A program made the position numbers and the translations under genes. A stretch of DNA of 64,000 bases from a virus, in IMG/VR virus record IMGVR_UViG_3300025646_005482, positions 96,331 to 160,330 of that record; one strand, 5' to 3'. Below, piece after piece: positions 37,315 to 47,238 of this stretch; the first letter of the stretch is position 1, and every line of letters begins with the position of its first letter. Under the pieces are notes generated by a model. It worked only from the letters and a program-made list of their open reading frames with translations, did no database searches and was not told the origin of the DNA.

Positions 37315-38058
37315 ATGGCAGTTCCAACAACGAGAGATGCATTTAAGGAGTATTGCCTCCGATCTCTTGGTAAGCCTGTAATAGAGATAAATGTAGATGA
37401 TGATCAGGTCGATGATCGTATTGACCAGGCTTTGCGTTTTTATTGGGATTATCACTTCGATGGCAGCGAGAAGATTTACTACAAACATCTAATTACAGCT
37501 GACACCAAAACTAATAAGTATATCGATTTACCTCAAAATATTATCGGTGCTGTTAAATTGTTTCCTATCGGTGATCCGAATACTTCTTCTGGAGACATCT
37601 TCAATATCAGGTATCAGATAGCATTGAACGATCTCTATACCTTGACCAATGTAGCATTGCTAGATTACTACATGACGATGGAGCATCTAGCGCTTGTACA
37701 AGAACTTCTAGTAGGCAAACCACAAATACGATACAATAGACATCGAAATAGATTGCATATCGACGAAACGGCAGGCGATCTAGAAGTTGGTCAGTATTTA
37801 CTCGTTGAAGCATATGAGCTAGTCGATCCCACTACATATTCAGATGTATGGGCAGACAGATGGTTACAATACTACGCTGCTCAACTTATCAAACGCCAAT
37901 GGGGTACAAACCTCACAAAATTTGAAGGGTTGCAATTGCCAGGAGGGGTTACATTTAACGGTAGACAAATATATGATGACGCACAAGCTGAAATTACAAA
38001 ATTAGAAGAAGAAATGATCAGTAACTACAGTCTACCAGTAATGGATATGATAGGGTAG
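37315..38058 (+). CDS. gp13: Neck protein gp13
   Basis: LRSLGKPVIEINVDDDQVDDRID.AL..YHFDG; KRQWGTNLTKFEG.QLPGGVT.NG. Confidence 0.93.
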   Translation: MAVPTTRDAFKEYCLRSLGKPVIEINVDDDQVDDRIDQALRFYWDYHFDGSEKIYYKHLITADTKTNKYIDLPQNIIGAVKLFPIGDPNTSSGDIFNIRYQIALNDLYTLTNVALLDYYMTMEHLALVQELLVGKPQIRYNRHRNRLHIDETAGDLEVGQYLLVEAYELVDPTTYSDVWADRWLQYYAAQLIKRQWGTNLTKFEGLQLPGGVTFNGRQIYDDAQAEITKLEEEMISNYSLPVMDMIG

Positions 38059-38094
38059 AGATATCACTAGTATTTGCAGAAGTAGCACTAGCTA

Positions 38095-38123
38095 ATTATA
38101 CAGTAAAAATAGGAAATGTAAAC
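38095..38123 (-). promoter_or_regulatory. Sigma70/T4-early-type promoter on the minus strand
   Basis: Reverse complement reads GTTTAC-N17-TATAAT, in the gp13-gp14 gap. Confidence 0.55.
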
Positions 38124-38128
38124 CCGTA

Positions 38129-38863
38129 ATGGCCACAAACCCGTATTTCGACAATTTTACCAACAGTCCTGAACAGACTCTGATAGAAGATTTAATCATC
38201 GAATCTATCAAGATCTATGGTCATGATGTGTTCTATTGTCCACGTACAGTCGTATCTCGCGATAATGTTTTCAATTCAGATGCACTATCTGAGTATAATT
38301 CGTCCTATCAAATCGAGATGTATATTAAGAATGTTGAAGGATTCGAAGGAGAAGGCGATTTCCTTTCTAGGTTTAATATTCAAATTCGCGATGAGATTAC
38401 ATTTACTGTAGCAAACCGCCGATATAATGAAGCAGTAGGCGACTATTCATCGTCAATACGACCTGAAGAAGGTGATATCATTTATTTCCCGCTAACAGAG
38501 AAAATATATGTAATCAAGTTTGCAGAACACGAAGCTCCTGTCTTCTATCAGATGGGTGCACTGCAGTGTTATGATCTTCGTTGTGAGCAGTGGGAATATA
38601 GCGGAGAAAAATTGAATACTGGTGTGCCAACTATCGATAATTACGAAACTCTATATACTCTTTCCGTCAACACAACTGATGATGGTGTCACATATGATGC
38701 GAACAACAATATAGTAATGGATGCGAATACAGGCCGACCATTGGGTATGACTAGTGATGAATACTCAGGTGATGAATATGATGATTCTAGAACCTTTCAA
38801 ACTGTCTCAGAGTTCATCGACTTCTCAGAACAAGATCCATTTAGCGAAGGTGGTAGATACTAA
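38129..38863 (+). CDS. gp14: Neck protein gp14
   Basis: NPYF..EQ.LIEDLIIESIKIYG.D..Y.PR; RPEEGD.IYFP; FYQMG; DFSE.DPF. Confidence 0.93.
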   Translation: MATNPYFDNFTNSPEQTLIEDLIIESIKIYGHDVFYCPRTVVSRDNVFNSDALSEYNSSYQIEMYIKNVEGFEGEGDFLSRFNIQIRDEITFTVANRRYNEAVGDYSSSIRPEEGDIIYFPLTEKIYVIKFAEHEAPVFYQMGALQCYDLRCEQWEYSGEKLNTGVPTIDNYETLYTLSVNTTDDGVTYDANNNIVMDANTGRPLGMTSDEYSGDEYDDSRTFQTVSEFIDFSEQDPFSEGGRY

Positions 38864-39978
38864 TGTTTGGAAGAACTTTTTATCACGATACTCTGCGCAA
38901 GTATGTAATCTTGTTTGGTACTCTGTTCAACGATATTCAAATTAACAGAGAAGATGCTAACGGTAATGTCAAACAGGTTATTAAGGTACCACTATCATAT
39001 GGTCCACGAGAAAAATTCCTGGCCCGCATCGATGGTATCGATGGTGGACGAGATCCACAAGAATTTCCATTTTCGATCGTATTGCCTCGGATGGGTTTCG
39101 AGGTAACAGGCTTTAATTATGCATCAGAAAGAAAACTACCTACGATTGGCAGACATACGACAGTAGAATTAAATGATGAGCATGGTAAAAGAAAAATGTA
39201 TCGTTATAATTCTGTACCATACGATATTAATTTTTCATTATCGATTTATGTAAAGAATACTACTGATGGCACTCGAATTGTAGAGCAGATCTTGCCATAC
39301 TTCACACCTGAATGGACTACTACGGTTCAACTTACCGAGGATCCTGATATTACCTTAGACATTCCTCTCGTTTTGACAAGTACAAATCAGGACGATGTGT
39401 ATGAAGGTAATTATGAAGAAAGGCGCGCCTTGATTTGGACTTTAGACTTTACAATGAAAGGTGTATTCTTTGGTCCAACCTATAGAGAAAAGGTTATTAA
39501 GCTTGCTAATACACAAATATATGATGCAACACTATATGATAGTATTACAGCTGCTCCTACAGGTACAGCACCAACATTAAAAGTAGCAACACGTTTGCTT
39601 AATCAGCCGGGACTTTTAGCTGGAAACACAGCTACTAAATATTCTAATCTAAACGTAGTGCAGGCAACAGCAGTGGCAAGTATAACAGATGGAAAAGTAA
39701 CAACAATCACTCTCGTTGAAAAGGGTGTAGGTTATCAAAACGCGACAGTTACTATTACTGGCGGTGGCGGTTCAAATGCCACAGCAACTGCATTAGTCGA
39801 CAGCGATATTGATTCTATAGAAAGCATTACTATAACAAGTGGCGGTACAGGATACACTAGTACACCTACTATTACTATATCAGCTCCTGATCTTGAATCT
39901 CTCGCGTTGTCGCAGATCAATGCTGGCGCGAATACTGGAGATGTAGATGTAGTAAAAGGCCCATGGCCTGATGAATGA
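38863..39978 (+). CDS. gp15: Tail sheath stabiliser/terminator gp15 with C-terminal extension
   Basis: FYH..RKYV..FGTLFNDI, VPL.YGP.EKF, LPRMGFE and EQILPYF.P; extra ATA.A..GxGY repeats at the C-terminus. Confidence 0.9.
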   Translation: MFGRTFYHDTLRKYVILFGTLFNDIQINREDANGNVKQVIKVPLSYGPREKFLARIDGIDGGRDPQEFPFSIVLPRMGFEVTGFNYASERKLPTIGRHTTVELNDEHGKRKMYRYNSVPYDINFSLSIYVKNTTDGTRIVEQILPYFTPEWTTTVQLTEDPDITLDIPLVLTSTNQDDVYEGNYEERRALIWTLDFTMKGVFFGPTYREKVIKLANTQIYDATLYDSITAAPTGTAPTLKVATRLLNQPGLLAGNTATKYSNLNVVQATAVASITDGKVTTITLVEKGVGYQNATVTITGGGGSNATATALVDSDIDSIESITITSGGTGYTSTPTITISAPDLESLALSQINAGANTGDVDVVKGPWPDE

Positions 39979-40403
39979 TGAAGGATAAAGAAATGAAAAA
40001 TTTAAACGATGTTTTAGATGTGAAAGAAACTCACATCATTGAGATTGGTAATGAAGAAAAATTACCCACTACTTATCGTCCATCACTTGAAGATGACAAA
40101 GAACTAGACACCGATACCAAATATGTACGTCAGAATTTCTATGATTTGATTGAGAAAGGTCACGGTGCTATCGATGAACTACTCGCAGTAGCAGACCAGT
40201 CACAGCATCCACGAGCATATGAAGTACTTGCTACGATGATTAAAACAATGGGTGATATGAACAACGATTTGTTGGGTATGCACGAACGCAAACAAAAACT
40301 ATCTGGTAAAACACCAGAAGAGAAGAAGGAAACAGTCAACAACAATCTTTTTGTGGGCTCTACGAGTGAGCTACTGAAGTTGATGAATAAAGATGACAGT
40401 TGA
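39975..40403 (+). CDS. gp16: Terminase small subunit gp16
   Basis: HPRAYEV and NNNLFVGSTSELLK. Confidence 0.9.
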   Translation: MMKDKEMKNLNDVLDVKETHIIEIGNEEKLPTTYRPSLEDDKELDTDTKYVRQNFYDLIEKGHGAIDELLAVADQSQHPRAYEVLATMIKTMGDMNNDLLGMHERKQKLSGKTPEEKKETVNNNLFVGSTSELLKLMNKDDS

Positions 40404-42045
40404 TATTAAGGATATTGAGGAATACCGTTCATATCTCGGTAATATAAACCTCAAGCGTAAAGGCGTTACTATAGAATGGACCGAAGACATGGTCAAGGAG
40501 TTCATGAAGTGCGCCAAAGATCCCATCTATTTTGCTGAGCGGTATATTCAGATTGTCCATGTAGATCACGGACTCATACCAATCAAGCTCTACGAATATC
40601 AAAAGGACATCATTGAAAAAACCACAAAGAACAGAAGAACATGCGTGGTTACAAGCCGGCAGGCGGGTAAGACAACGACTGCTGTTTGCCTTATACTCCA
40701 TTATATTCTTTTTAACGATCATAAGCTTGTCGCTCTTCTCGCAAACAAAGGAGATGCTGCGAGAGAAATATTGGATCGTATCAAGACGGCTTATGAAGCT
40801 CTGCCGAAATGGTTGCAGCAAGGTGTCATCGAATGGAACAAAGGATCGGTAGAATTTGAGAATGGTTCTAAGATTCTTGCAGCAGCCACATCATCATCAG
40901 CAATTCGAGGTAAATCAGTATCTTTTCTTTATATAGACGAAACAGCATTCGTAGAGAACTGGGACGAATTCTTCGCTTCGGTATTTCCTACAATTTCTTC
41001 TGGTACAACAACCAAAATTCTTTTGACATCGACACCGAACGGTCTGAATCACTTCTACAAGACGTGCGAAGGAGCGAAAGCGGGCAAGAACGGGTATCAG
41101 TTCGTACAAGTACTATGGACTGACGTACCAGGTCGAGATGATAAATGGCGAGAAGAAACACTCGCCGCGATGGACTTTGACACAGAGAAATTTGCGCAGG
41201 AAATGGAATGTGAATTTCTCGGTTCGTCAGGTACATTGATCGCAGGCTGGAAACTCAAGCAACTCGTATATAAAGAGTCTATAAAAGAAGTAGGCGGTAT
41301 TATAGTATATGAAGAGCCAAAATTAGAAGGCAATTATGTCATAGTCGTCGACGTGAGTAGAGGCAAAGGCCTTGACTACTCGGCTTTCCAAGTCATCGAC
41401 ATCACACAAATGCCTTATGTTCAGGTTGGTGCATATCGTAATAATATGATCACACCTGTAGATTACGCTGCTGCTGTACACGCAGCTGCAAAGTATTTTA
41501 ACGATGCTAATATACTCGTTGAAGTCAATGATATCGGAGAACAAGTTTCCGGTATTATTTTTGAAGAATACGAATACGAAAATATGTTACTGACAGAAAA
41601 CAATGGACGAGAAGGTAAGCGTCTATTGTCTGGTGTAGCAGGATTCAACGGCAGAGCAGATAAAGGTATACGTACTACTAAATCTGTCAAGTCTATCGGT
41701 TGTTCTATGATCAAACTGCTCGTAGAACAGAATCAATTGATCATCAATGATTTTGAAACTATTCGCGAGTTCTCTACTTTTAGTCAGAAGGGAACTTCAT
41801 ATGAAGCAGAACCAGGCAATCATGACGATTTAGTCATGTGCCTTGTACTTTTCGGTTGGTTATCCAATCAGAAATTTTTTAAAGAGCTCACTGATATAAA
41901 TACTGTCATAAACCTCAAAGAGATGAACGAGGAAAAAGTTTTTAGCGAATTGGTACCCTTCGGTATGATAGATGACGGTCAGAAAGATTTCGAGGACCCA
42001 CACCCGGTGTCAACTCGAGGCAATGACATTAATTGGTTACTTTGA
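40393..42045 (+). CDS. gp17: Terminase large subunit gp17
   Basis: Walker A SRQAGKTT, YIDETAF, STPNG.NHFY, DVSRG.G.DYS and HDDLVM. Confidence 0.96.
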   Translation: MTVDIKDIEEYRSYLGNINLKRKGVTIEWTEDMVKEFMKCAKDPIYFAERYIQIVHVDHGLIPIKLYEYQKDIIEKTTKNRRTCVVTSRQAGKTTTAVCLILHYILFNDHKLVALLANKGDAAREILDRIKTAYEALPKWLQQGVIEWNKGSVEFENGSKILAAATSSSAIRGKSVSFLYIDETAFVENWDEFFASVFPTISSGTTTKILLTSTPNGLNHFYKTCEGAKAGKNGYQFVQVLWTDVPGRDDKWREETLAAMDFDTEKFAQEMECEFLGSSGTLIAGWKLKQLVYKESIKEVGGIIVYEEPKLEGNYVIVVDVSRGKGLDYSAFQVIDITQMPYVQVGAYRNNMITPVDYAAAVHAAAKYFNDANILVEVNDIGEQVSGIIFEEYEYENMLLTENNGREGKRLLSGVAGFNGRADKGIRTTKSVKSIGCSMIKLLVEQNQLIINDFETIREFSTFSQKGTSYEAEPGNHDDLVMCLVLFGWLSNQKFFKELTDINTVINLKEMNEEKVFSELVPFGMIDDGQKDFEDPHPVSTRGNDINWLL

Positions 42046-42057
42046 AATATCGATTAT

Positions 42058-42065
42058 TATAAATA
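42058..42065 (+). promoter_or_regulatory. T4-type late promoter
   Basis: TATAAATA upstream of gp18. Confidence 0.8.
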
Positions 42066-42110
42066 AAAGTACGATCTACATAATTAAAATAATTTAGGGA
42101 GAACAAAAAT

Positions 42111-44690
42111 ATGCCTTTTCAATTAAGCCCAGGCGTTAATGTTACAGAGATCGATCTGACCACTGTAATCCCTGCCGTTGCCACTACCGACGCAGCTATT
42201 GGCGGCGTCTTTAAGTGGGGACCGGTAGACAAGCCTACACTCGTAATTAGCGAATCAGAACTTGCTAATGTTTATGGTAGACCTGACAGCGATAACGCTG
42301 AAACTTGGTTTACTGCTGCCTCGTTCCTCGCTTACTCTAATAGACTTCACGTATCGCGAGCACATCACTCTACTGGTAATGCCGCTCGTTTTGCAGCCTA
42401 TGCAGTTAATGGTGCTAACTATCTAATCTATGATGGTGCTGCCAGCGCACTCACATCTACTTCAACAGGTGACGAAATTTCAGAAGTTATTGCTGGTGTC
42501 GCCGCTGGATCATTGATCACCGACATCGACGACGGTTTAATCTCTGTTACGGTTACTGATACTAGCGGATCTGATTTTGATGACACCACTGGCCTCTTTA
42601 CTGTAGCAAACCCAATGAACCTTGTAGAAGGTGAAGAAGTTAGTCTAGACACCGCAGCTAATCCCCCAGAAGATGCTGGTGGTGTTAGTCTTTCAAACAC
42701 CGGTACTTACTATGTAACTAGTGTGTCCGTAGGTGTTTCTACGACTACGTTTGGTCTGACTGCAAGTCAGGGCGGTACTATCATTTCAAATTACTCAGAC
42801 AAAGGTAGCGGCGCATTAGTAGTTAATCGCGTAGCTAACTCTCAGACGCGTATTTCAATTAGCAAGAATTTTACTGGTCTATCTGGTTCGTATAACTTTG
42901 AATCGTTTGATCCTAAATATTCTTTCAATGCAGTTGCAAACAATAATACACTGCAAACTGACGCGTTGCTAGCACAACACATCGTCAAGAACGAAGATCA
43001 CTATGATAGTGGATCTCAATCATTTGATGCATCTGTACAATTTGTAGCGAAGTATCCTGGCAAATTGGGTAATTCACTGAAAGTATCCGTATGCGAAAGT
43101 TCTACGGCTTATCAGCAAAATGTTAGCACTGTTAACGTCTATTTGGATCTTGATGTTGGTTCAAATACTGCTACACTCGCGGGCCAAGCAAATACCGACG
43201 TTGGTACATTCGTTGGAGCACTGAGTGTTGGTGATTTGCTGAAGTTCGGAACTCAAGAAAATGGTATTCAATATCTTGAAGTCTCTTCACTGCCTGCGAC
43301 AGCTGGTGTAACTGCAAATTCTGGTTACTCAATTGGGTTCCTCGAGAATCTTTCCATCTCCGAAGCAGTTGATATTAACGGAACTGGATCATTACAACGA
43401 AATTGGGGTTATTGGGGATTGGTTGAAGCCGCTCCTGGTACCTCTAACTACGTAGCTAAACACGGTAATACTGCAGCGACAGACGAACTTCATATCGTTG
43501 TCATTGACGAAGATGGTGATATTTCAGGTGTACCAGGAACAATCCTTGAAGTTTGGGACGGTTTGTCACGTGCTACTGATGCTAAGAGCGACGACGGTGC
43601 ATCTATCTATTATAAAGATGTCATCAATCAATCCTCTAATTGGTTGTGGTGGGCAAATGATAGTTCTACTGCGCCCTCAGCTACTGCACAACTGGTCGCA
43701 TCGTCTTCAGCACCTCCGTCGACAATGAGTTTTGGATTCGGTCGTGATATCGCTGCAGAAGGTTCTCAATCAATCCTCGGCGATTGTATGAGAGCATATG
43801 ACAAGTTCAAGTCAGCTGAAGATTATGATATCTCATTGGTTCTGACTGGTAAGTCATTCGGTGGTTCATCATCTTATCTTGGTCGAACCGTAACTGGATT
43901 CCAGTTTGCAAACTATCTGATCGATAACATCGCAGAACGACGTAAGGATTGTGTAGTATTTGTATCACCTGAAAAGGCTGATGTAGTAGCGAATGTTACT
44001 GACATCACGCAAGATTGTATTGACTTCAGGTCACAAATGCGTTCTACTTCTTATGCTGTACTTGATAGTGGTTACAAGTACATGTATGACAAGTATAACG
44101 ACGTGTATCGATGGATTCCCATCAACGGTGATACTGCTGGTCTTTGTGCTTACACTGACGACTCACGCGATCCATGGTGGTCACCTGCTGGTTTCAATCG
44201 CGGTAACTTGAAGAATGTTGTGAAGCTAGCTTGGAACCCAAAGAAAGCTGAACGTGATCTTCTGTACAAGAACGGCATCAACCCAATAGTTAACTTCCCT
44301 GGACAAGGTATAGTAATGTTCGGTGATAAGACGCTGCTTGCTAAGCCTTCAGCGTTCGATCGCATCAACGTACGTCGACTCTTCATTGTCCTCGAGAAAG
44401 CGATTGCTACCGCTGCTAAGTTTACTCTCTTCGAATTCAACGATGAATTCACGCGAGCAAGCTTCGTCAACCTCGTTACTCCTTTCTTGAGGGACGTACA
44501 AGGTCGTCGCGGTGTTACCGACTTCATTGTAATCTGTGATGAGACGAACAACACTGGTGAAGTAATCGATCGTAACGAGTTTGTTGGTGATATCTACATC
44601 AAACCAGCTCGAAGCATCAACTTCATCCAGCTCAACTTCGTCGCTGTACGAACTGGCGTAGAATTCTCCGAAGTTATTGGACAATTCTGA
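42111..44690 (+). CDS. gp18: Tail sheath protein gp18
   Basis: MPFQLSPGV...EIDLT, WWSPAGFNRG, FDRINVRRLF, FEFNDEFTR and KPARSINFI.LNF. Confidence 0.96.
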   Translation: MPFQLSPGVNVTEIDLTTVIPAVATTDAAIGGVFKWGPVDKPTLVISESELANVYGRPDSDNAETWFTAASFLAYSNRLHVSRAHHSTGNAARFAAYAVNGANYLIYDGAASALTSTSTGDEISEVIAGVAAGSLITDIDDGLISVTVTDTSGSDFDDTTGLFTVANPMNLVEGEEVSLDTAANPPEDAGGVSLSNTGTYYVTSVSVGVSTTTFGLTASQGGTIISNYSDKGSGALVVNRVANSQTRISISKNFTGLSGSYNFESFDPKYSFNAVANNNTLQTDALLAQHIVKNEDHYDSGSQSFDASVQFVAKYPGKLGNSLKVSVCESSTAYQQNVSTVNVYLDLDVGSNTATLAGQANTDVGTFVGALSVGDLLKFGTQENGIQYLEVSSLPATAGVTANSGYSIGFLENLSISEAVDINGTGSLQRNWGYWGLVEAAPGTSNYVAKHGNTAATDELHIVVIDEDGDISGVPGTILEVWDGLSRATDAKSDDGASIYYKDVINQSSNWLWWANDSSTAPSATAQLVASSSAPPSTMSFGFGRDIAAEGSQSILGDCMRAYDKFKSAEDYDISLVLTGKSFGGSSSYLGRTVTGFQFANYLIDNIAERRKDCVVFVSPEKADVVANVTDITQDCIDFRSQMRSTSYAVLDSGYKYMYDKYNDVYRWIPINGDTAGLCAYTDDSRDPWWSPAGFNRGNLKNVVKLAWNPKKAERDLLYKNGINPIVNFPGQGIVMFGDKTLLAKPSAFDRINVRRLFIVLEKAIATAAKFTLFEFNDEFTRASFVNLVTPFLRDVQGRRGVTDFIVICDETNNTGEVIDRNEFVGDIYIKPARSINFIQLNFVAVRTGVEFSEVIGQF

Positions 44691-44729
44691 TAAATAAGAT
44701 AAATAAGAAAAAATACAGGAGAATAAAAC

Positions 44730-45236
44730 ATGCCATTTAGTGTACAGAACTTCAAGTCAGCGGCTCTCAGTCAGGGTGGGTATCGTCCCGCCCTGTTTGA
44801 AGTACAGGTCACGACTTTGGGTGAAGAGTTCAATCTGCTTTGTATGTCATCGCAAGTACCGGCATTTACTACTGGCGTAATCGAAGTTCCTTACTTCGGT
44901 CGTAAAGTAAAAATTGCTGGTGATCGAACATTCGCAGAATGGACTACCACTGTAATGATCGAAGAAGACTTTAGTCAACGTGCAGTACTCGAAGAGTGGG
45001 CGCGTAAGGTAAATGACGGTCCTTCTAACATTCGATCTTACGGTTCACCTGAAGACTATAAAGAAGATGCTACTATCAAGCTTTATGGTAAGACTGGCTC
45101 TAAGCTTCGTGAGTATCAACTCGTAGGTTGCTGGCCTTCAGATATCGGTACTATTGAATTGGATTGGAACACTACTGATACGATCGGTACTTACACGGTT
45201 ACTTGGTCATTCGATTACTTCAACCCCGGTTCCTAA
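44730..45236 (+). CDS. gp19: Tail tube protein gp19
   Basis: GG.RP.LF, GRKVKIAGDRTF.EW and P..IG.I.LDW. Confidence 0.93.
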   Translation: MPFSVQNFKSAALSQGGYRPALFEVQVTTLGEEFNLLCMSSQVPAFTTGVIEVPYFGRKVKIAGDRTFAEWTTTVMIEEDFSQRAVLEEWARKVNDGPSNIRSYGSPEDYKEDATIKLYGKTGSKLREYQLVGCWPSDIGTIELDWNTTDTIGTYTVTWSFDYFNPGS

Positions 45237-45261
45237 TCCGGTCCACTTGACTAGTCAATAG

Positions 45262-45289
45262 AGGGGATATAAATAAACTTATATCCCCT
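45262..45289 (+). promoter_or_regulatory. Late promoter (TATAAATA, 45268-45275) embedded in an 11-bp inverted repeat
   Basis: AGGGGATATAA-ATAAAC-TTATATCCCCT followed by a T-rich tract. Confidence 0.7.
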
Positions 45290-45310
45290 TTATTTCATCG
45301 GAGATAATGA

Positions 45311-46948
45311 ATGGACCTTTTTGGATTTGAAATAAACAGGAAAAAAGAGCAAAAAGAAGCTGAGAAGCTTGTCTCTTTCGTTCCCCCTTCTAATGAAGAC
45401 GGCGCGTTAACCGTTGCCGCAGGTGGTGTCTATGGCACCTACGTCGACCTCGATGGTTCAGTCAGAACCGAAGCAGAACTTGTCAATAAGTATCGAGCCA
45501 TCTCGTTCGATCCTACTATTGACATGGCTATTCAAGAGATTTGTAACGAAGCAATCGTAGAAGATAGTGATGAAGATACTATATCGATCGTGCTCGATGA
45601 TGTAGAACAGCCAGATAATATTAAGAAAACTATACAAGAAGAATTTGAAAACGTCCTACAACTTCTAGAATTTAATCGTCTAAGTTACGAATTATTCCGA
45701 CGATGGTATGTAGATGGACGTCTATATTACCATGTTCTCGTTGACGAGAAAAAACCTCAGAAAGGTATTTTAGAAGTACGATATGTAGACCCACGCAATA
45801 TTAAGAAAGTACGTGAAGTCAAGAAAGAGAAAGATCCCAAGACTGGTGTGACTATCGAGAAGGTAATCAACGAGTATTATATGTACTCACCTGCAGGTTT
45901 CTTGAAGCGGTCTGGTTCCATTACTGGTTCTACAATGAACTCCTACGGTTCTTCTGGTTCACCTTCAGCTGAAGGTGTAAAGATTGCACGAGACGCAGTA
46001 GTCTATTGCACATCAGGAAATCAAAGTCTCGACAACAAACTCATTCTTTCGTGGTTGCACAAAGCTATTCGACCGCTCAATCAGTTGCGCTCGATGGAAG
46101 ATTCATTGGTCATCTATCGAATCTCACGTGCACCTGAAAGACGAATCTTTTATGTAGATGTTGGTGGTCTGCCTAAAGCTAAAGCAGAACAATACCTCGC
46201 CGACATCATGACCAAATTTAAGAATAAGGTCGTCTATGATTCATCGACCGGTGAAATCAGAGATGATCGTAAGTTTATGACAATGCTCGAAGACTTCTGG
46301 CTTCCTCGTCGAGAAGGTGGACGTGGTACAGAAATCACTACACTCCCTGGTGGCCAAAATCTAGGAGAAATCGAAGATGTTGTTTATTTCCAAAATAATC
46401 TATATCGTGCTCTCAATGTACCCATCACTCGACTACAGCCTGAGACGTCATTCACTCTTGGCCGTGCTACTGAGATTTCTCGGGACGAGGTAAAGTTCGG
46501 TAAATTTATCTTTAGACTGCGTAATAAGTTTTCCGAATTGTTTATGAAACTCCTCGAACGTCAATTGATTCTCAAGGGTGTATGTACAACAGAAGATTGG
46601 AAAGAATGGCGCGAACAGATTAAATTTGATTTTGCAGTTGATAACTACTTCGAAGAACTAAAGACAATGGAAATGAACCGAGATCGTATCGGTTTATTGA
46701 GAGAGATGGAAGAATATGTTGGTAAATATTACTCGCACGATTATGTTCGAAGATATGTCCTGCAACATACTGAAGAAGAAATCAAAGACATCGACAAAGA
46801 AATTGCCGATGAAAAGAAAGATGAAAGATATGTAGATCCAGAAGAATTAATGCAAGACGAAGAACCTGAGGAGGCTCCAGAGGCTCCACCACCTGCGCCT
46901 ACATATAAGCTAGTACCTGACGATCAAAAGAAAGATGACGCAGCTTGA
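45311..46948 (+). CDS. gp20: Portal vertex protein gp20
   Basis: RWYVDGR, EDSLVIYRISRAPERRIFYVDVG and EDFWLPRREGGRGTEITTLPGG. Confidence 0.97.
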   Translation: MDLFGFEINRKKEQKEAEKLVSFVPPSNEDGALTVAAGGVYGTYVDLDGSVRTEAELVNKYRAISFDPTIDMAIQEICNEAIVEDSDEDTISIVLDDVEQPDNIKKTIQEEFENVLQLLEFNRLSYELFRRWYVDGRLYYHVLVDEKKPQKGILEVRYVDPRNIKKVREVKKEKDPKTGVTIEKVINEYYMYSPAGFLKRSGSITGSTMNSYGSSGSPSAEGVKIARDAVVYCTSGNQSLDNKLILSWLHKAIRPLNQLRSMEDSLVIYRISRAPERRIFYVDVGGLPKAKAEQYLADIMTKFKNKVVYDSSTGEIRDDRKFMTMLEDFWLPRREGGRGTEITTLPGGQNLGEIEDVVYFQNNLYRALNVPITRLQPETSFTLGRATEISRDEVKFGKFIFRLRNKFSELFMKLLERQLILKGVCTTEDWKEWREQIKFDFAVDNYFEELKTMEMNRDRIGLLREMEEYVGKYYSHDYVRRYVLQHTEEEIKDIDKEIADEKKDERYVDPEELMQDEEPEEAPEAPPPAPTYKLVPDDQKKDDAA

Positions 46949-46960
46949 GACCGCTTTCAA

Positions 46961-46968
46961 TATAAATA
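46961..46968 (+). promoter_or_regulatory. T4-type late promoter
   Basis: TATAAATA upstream of 46996. Confidence 0.8.
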
Positions 46969-46995
46969 AAGGTAGAAATTACTTGGAGACATATT

Positions 46996-47238
46996 ATGAC
47001 TGATATAACTGACTTTATTGGTGCCGCAGTAGCGGACAAGCCCGTAGCAGCTCTTAAAGCTTTTTCGGCGGCCATGGAACCTAAGATTACTGATGCCTTA
47101 GATACACGTTACGATGAGGTATCACGAGCAGTCTTTAATCGAGTAGACGCAGAAGACGAAGCTGAAATGCGTGAACTCGAAGATGAGGCCGTAGAACAAG
47201 AATTAGAAACCGAAATGGAAGAACCTCAAGATGTCTGA
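46996..47238 (+). CDS. Small acidic prohead core protein (gp67-like by position)
   Basis: 80 aa, acidic tail, immediately after the portal gene. Confidence 0.55.
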   Translation: MTDITDFIGAAVADKPVAALKAFSAAMEPKITDALDTRYDEVSRAVFNRVDAEDEAEMRELEDEAVEQELETEMEEPQDV

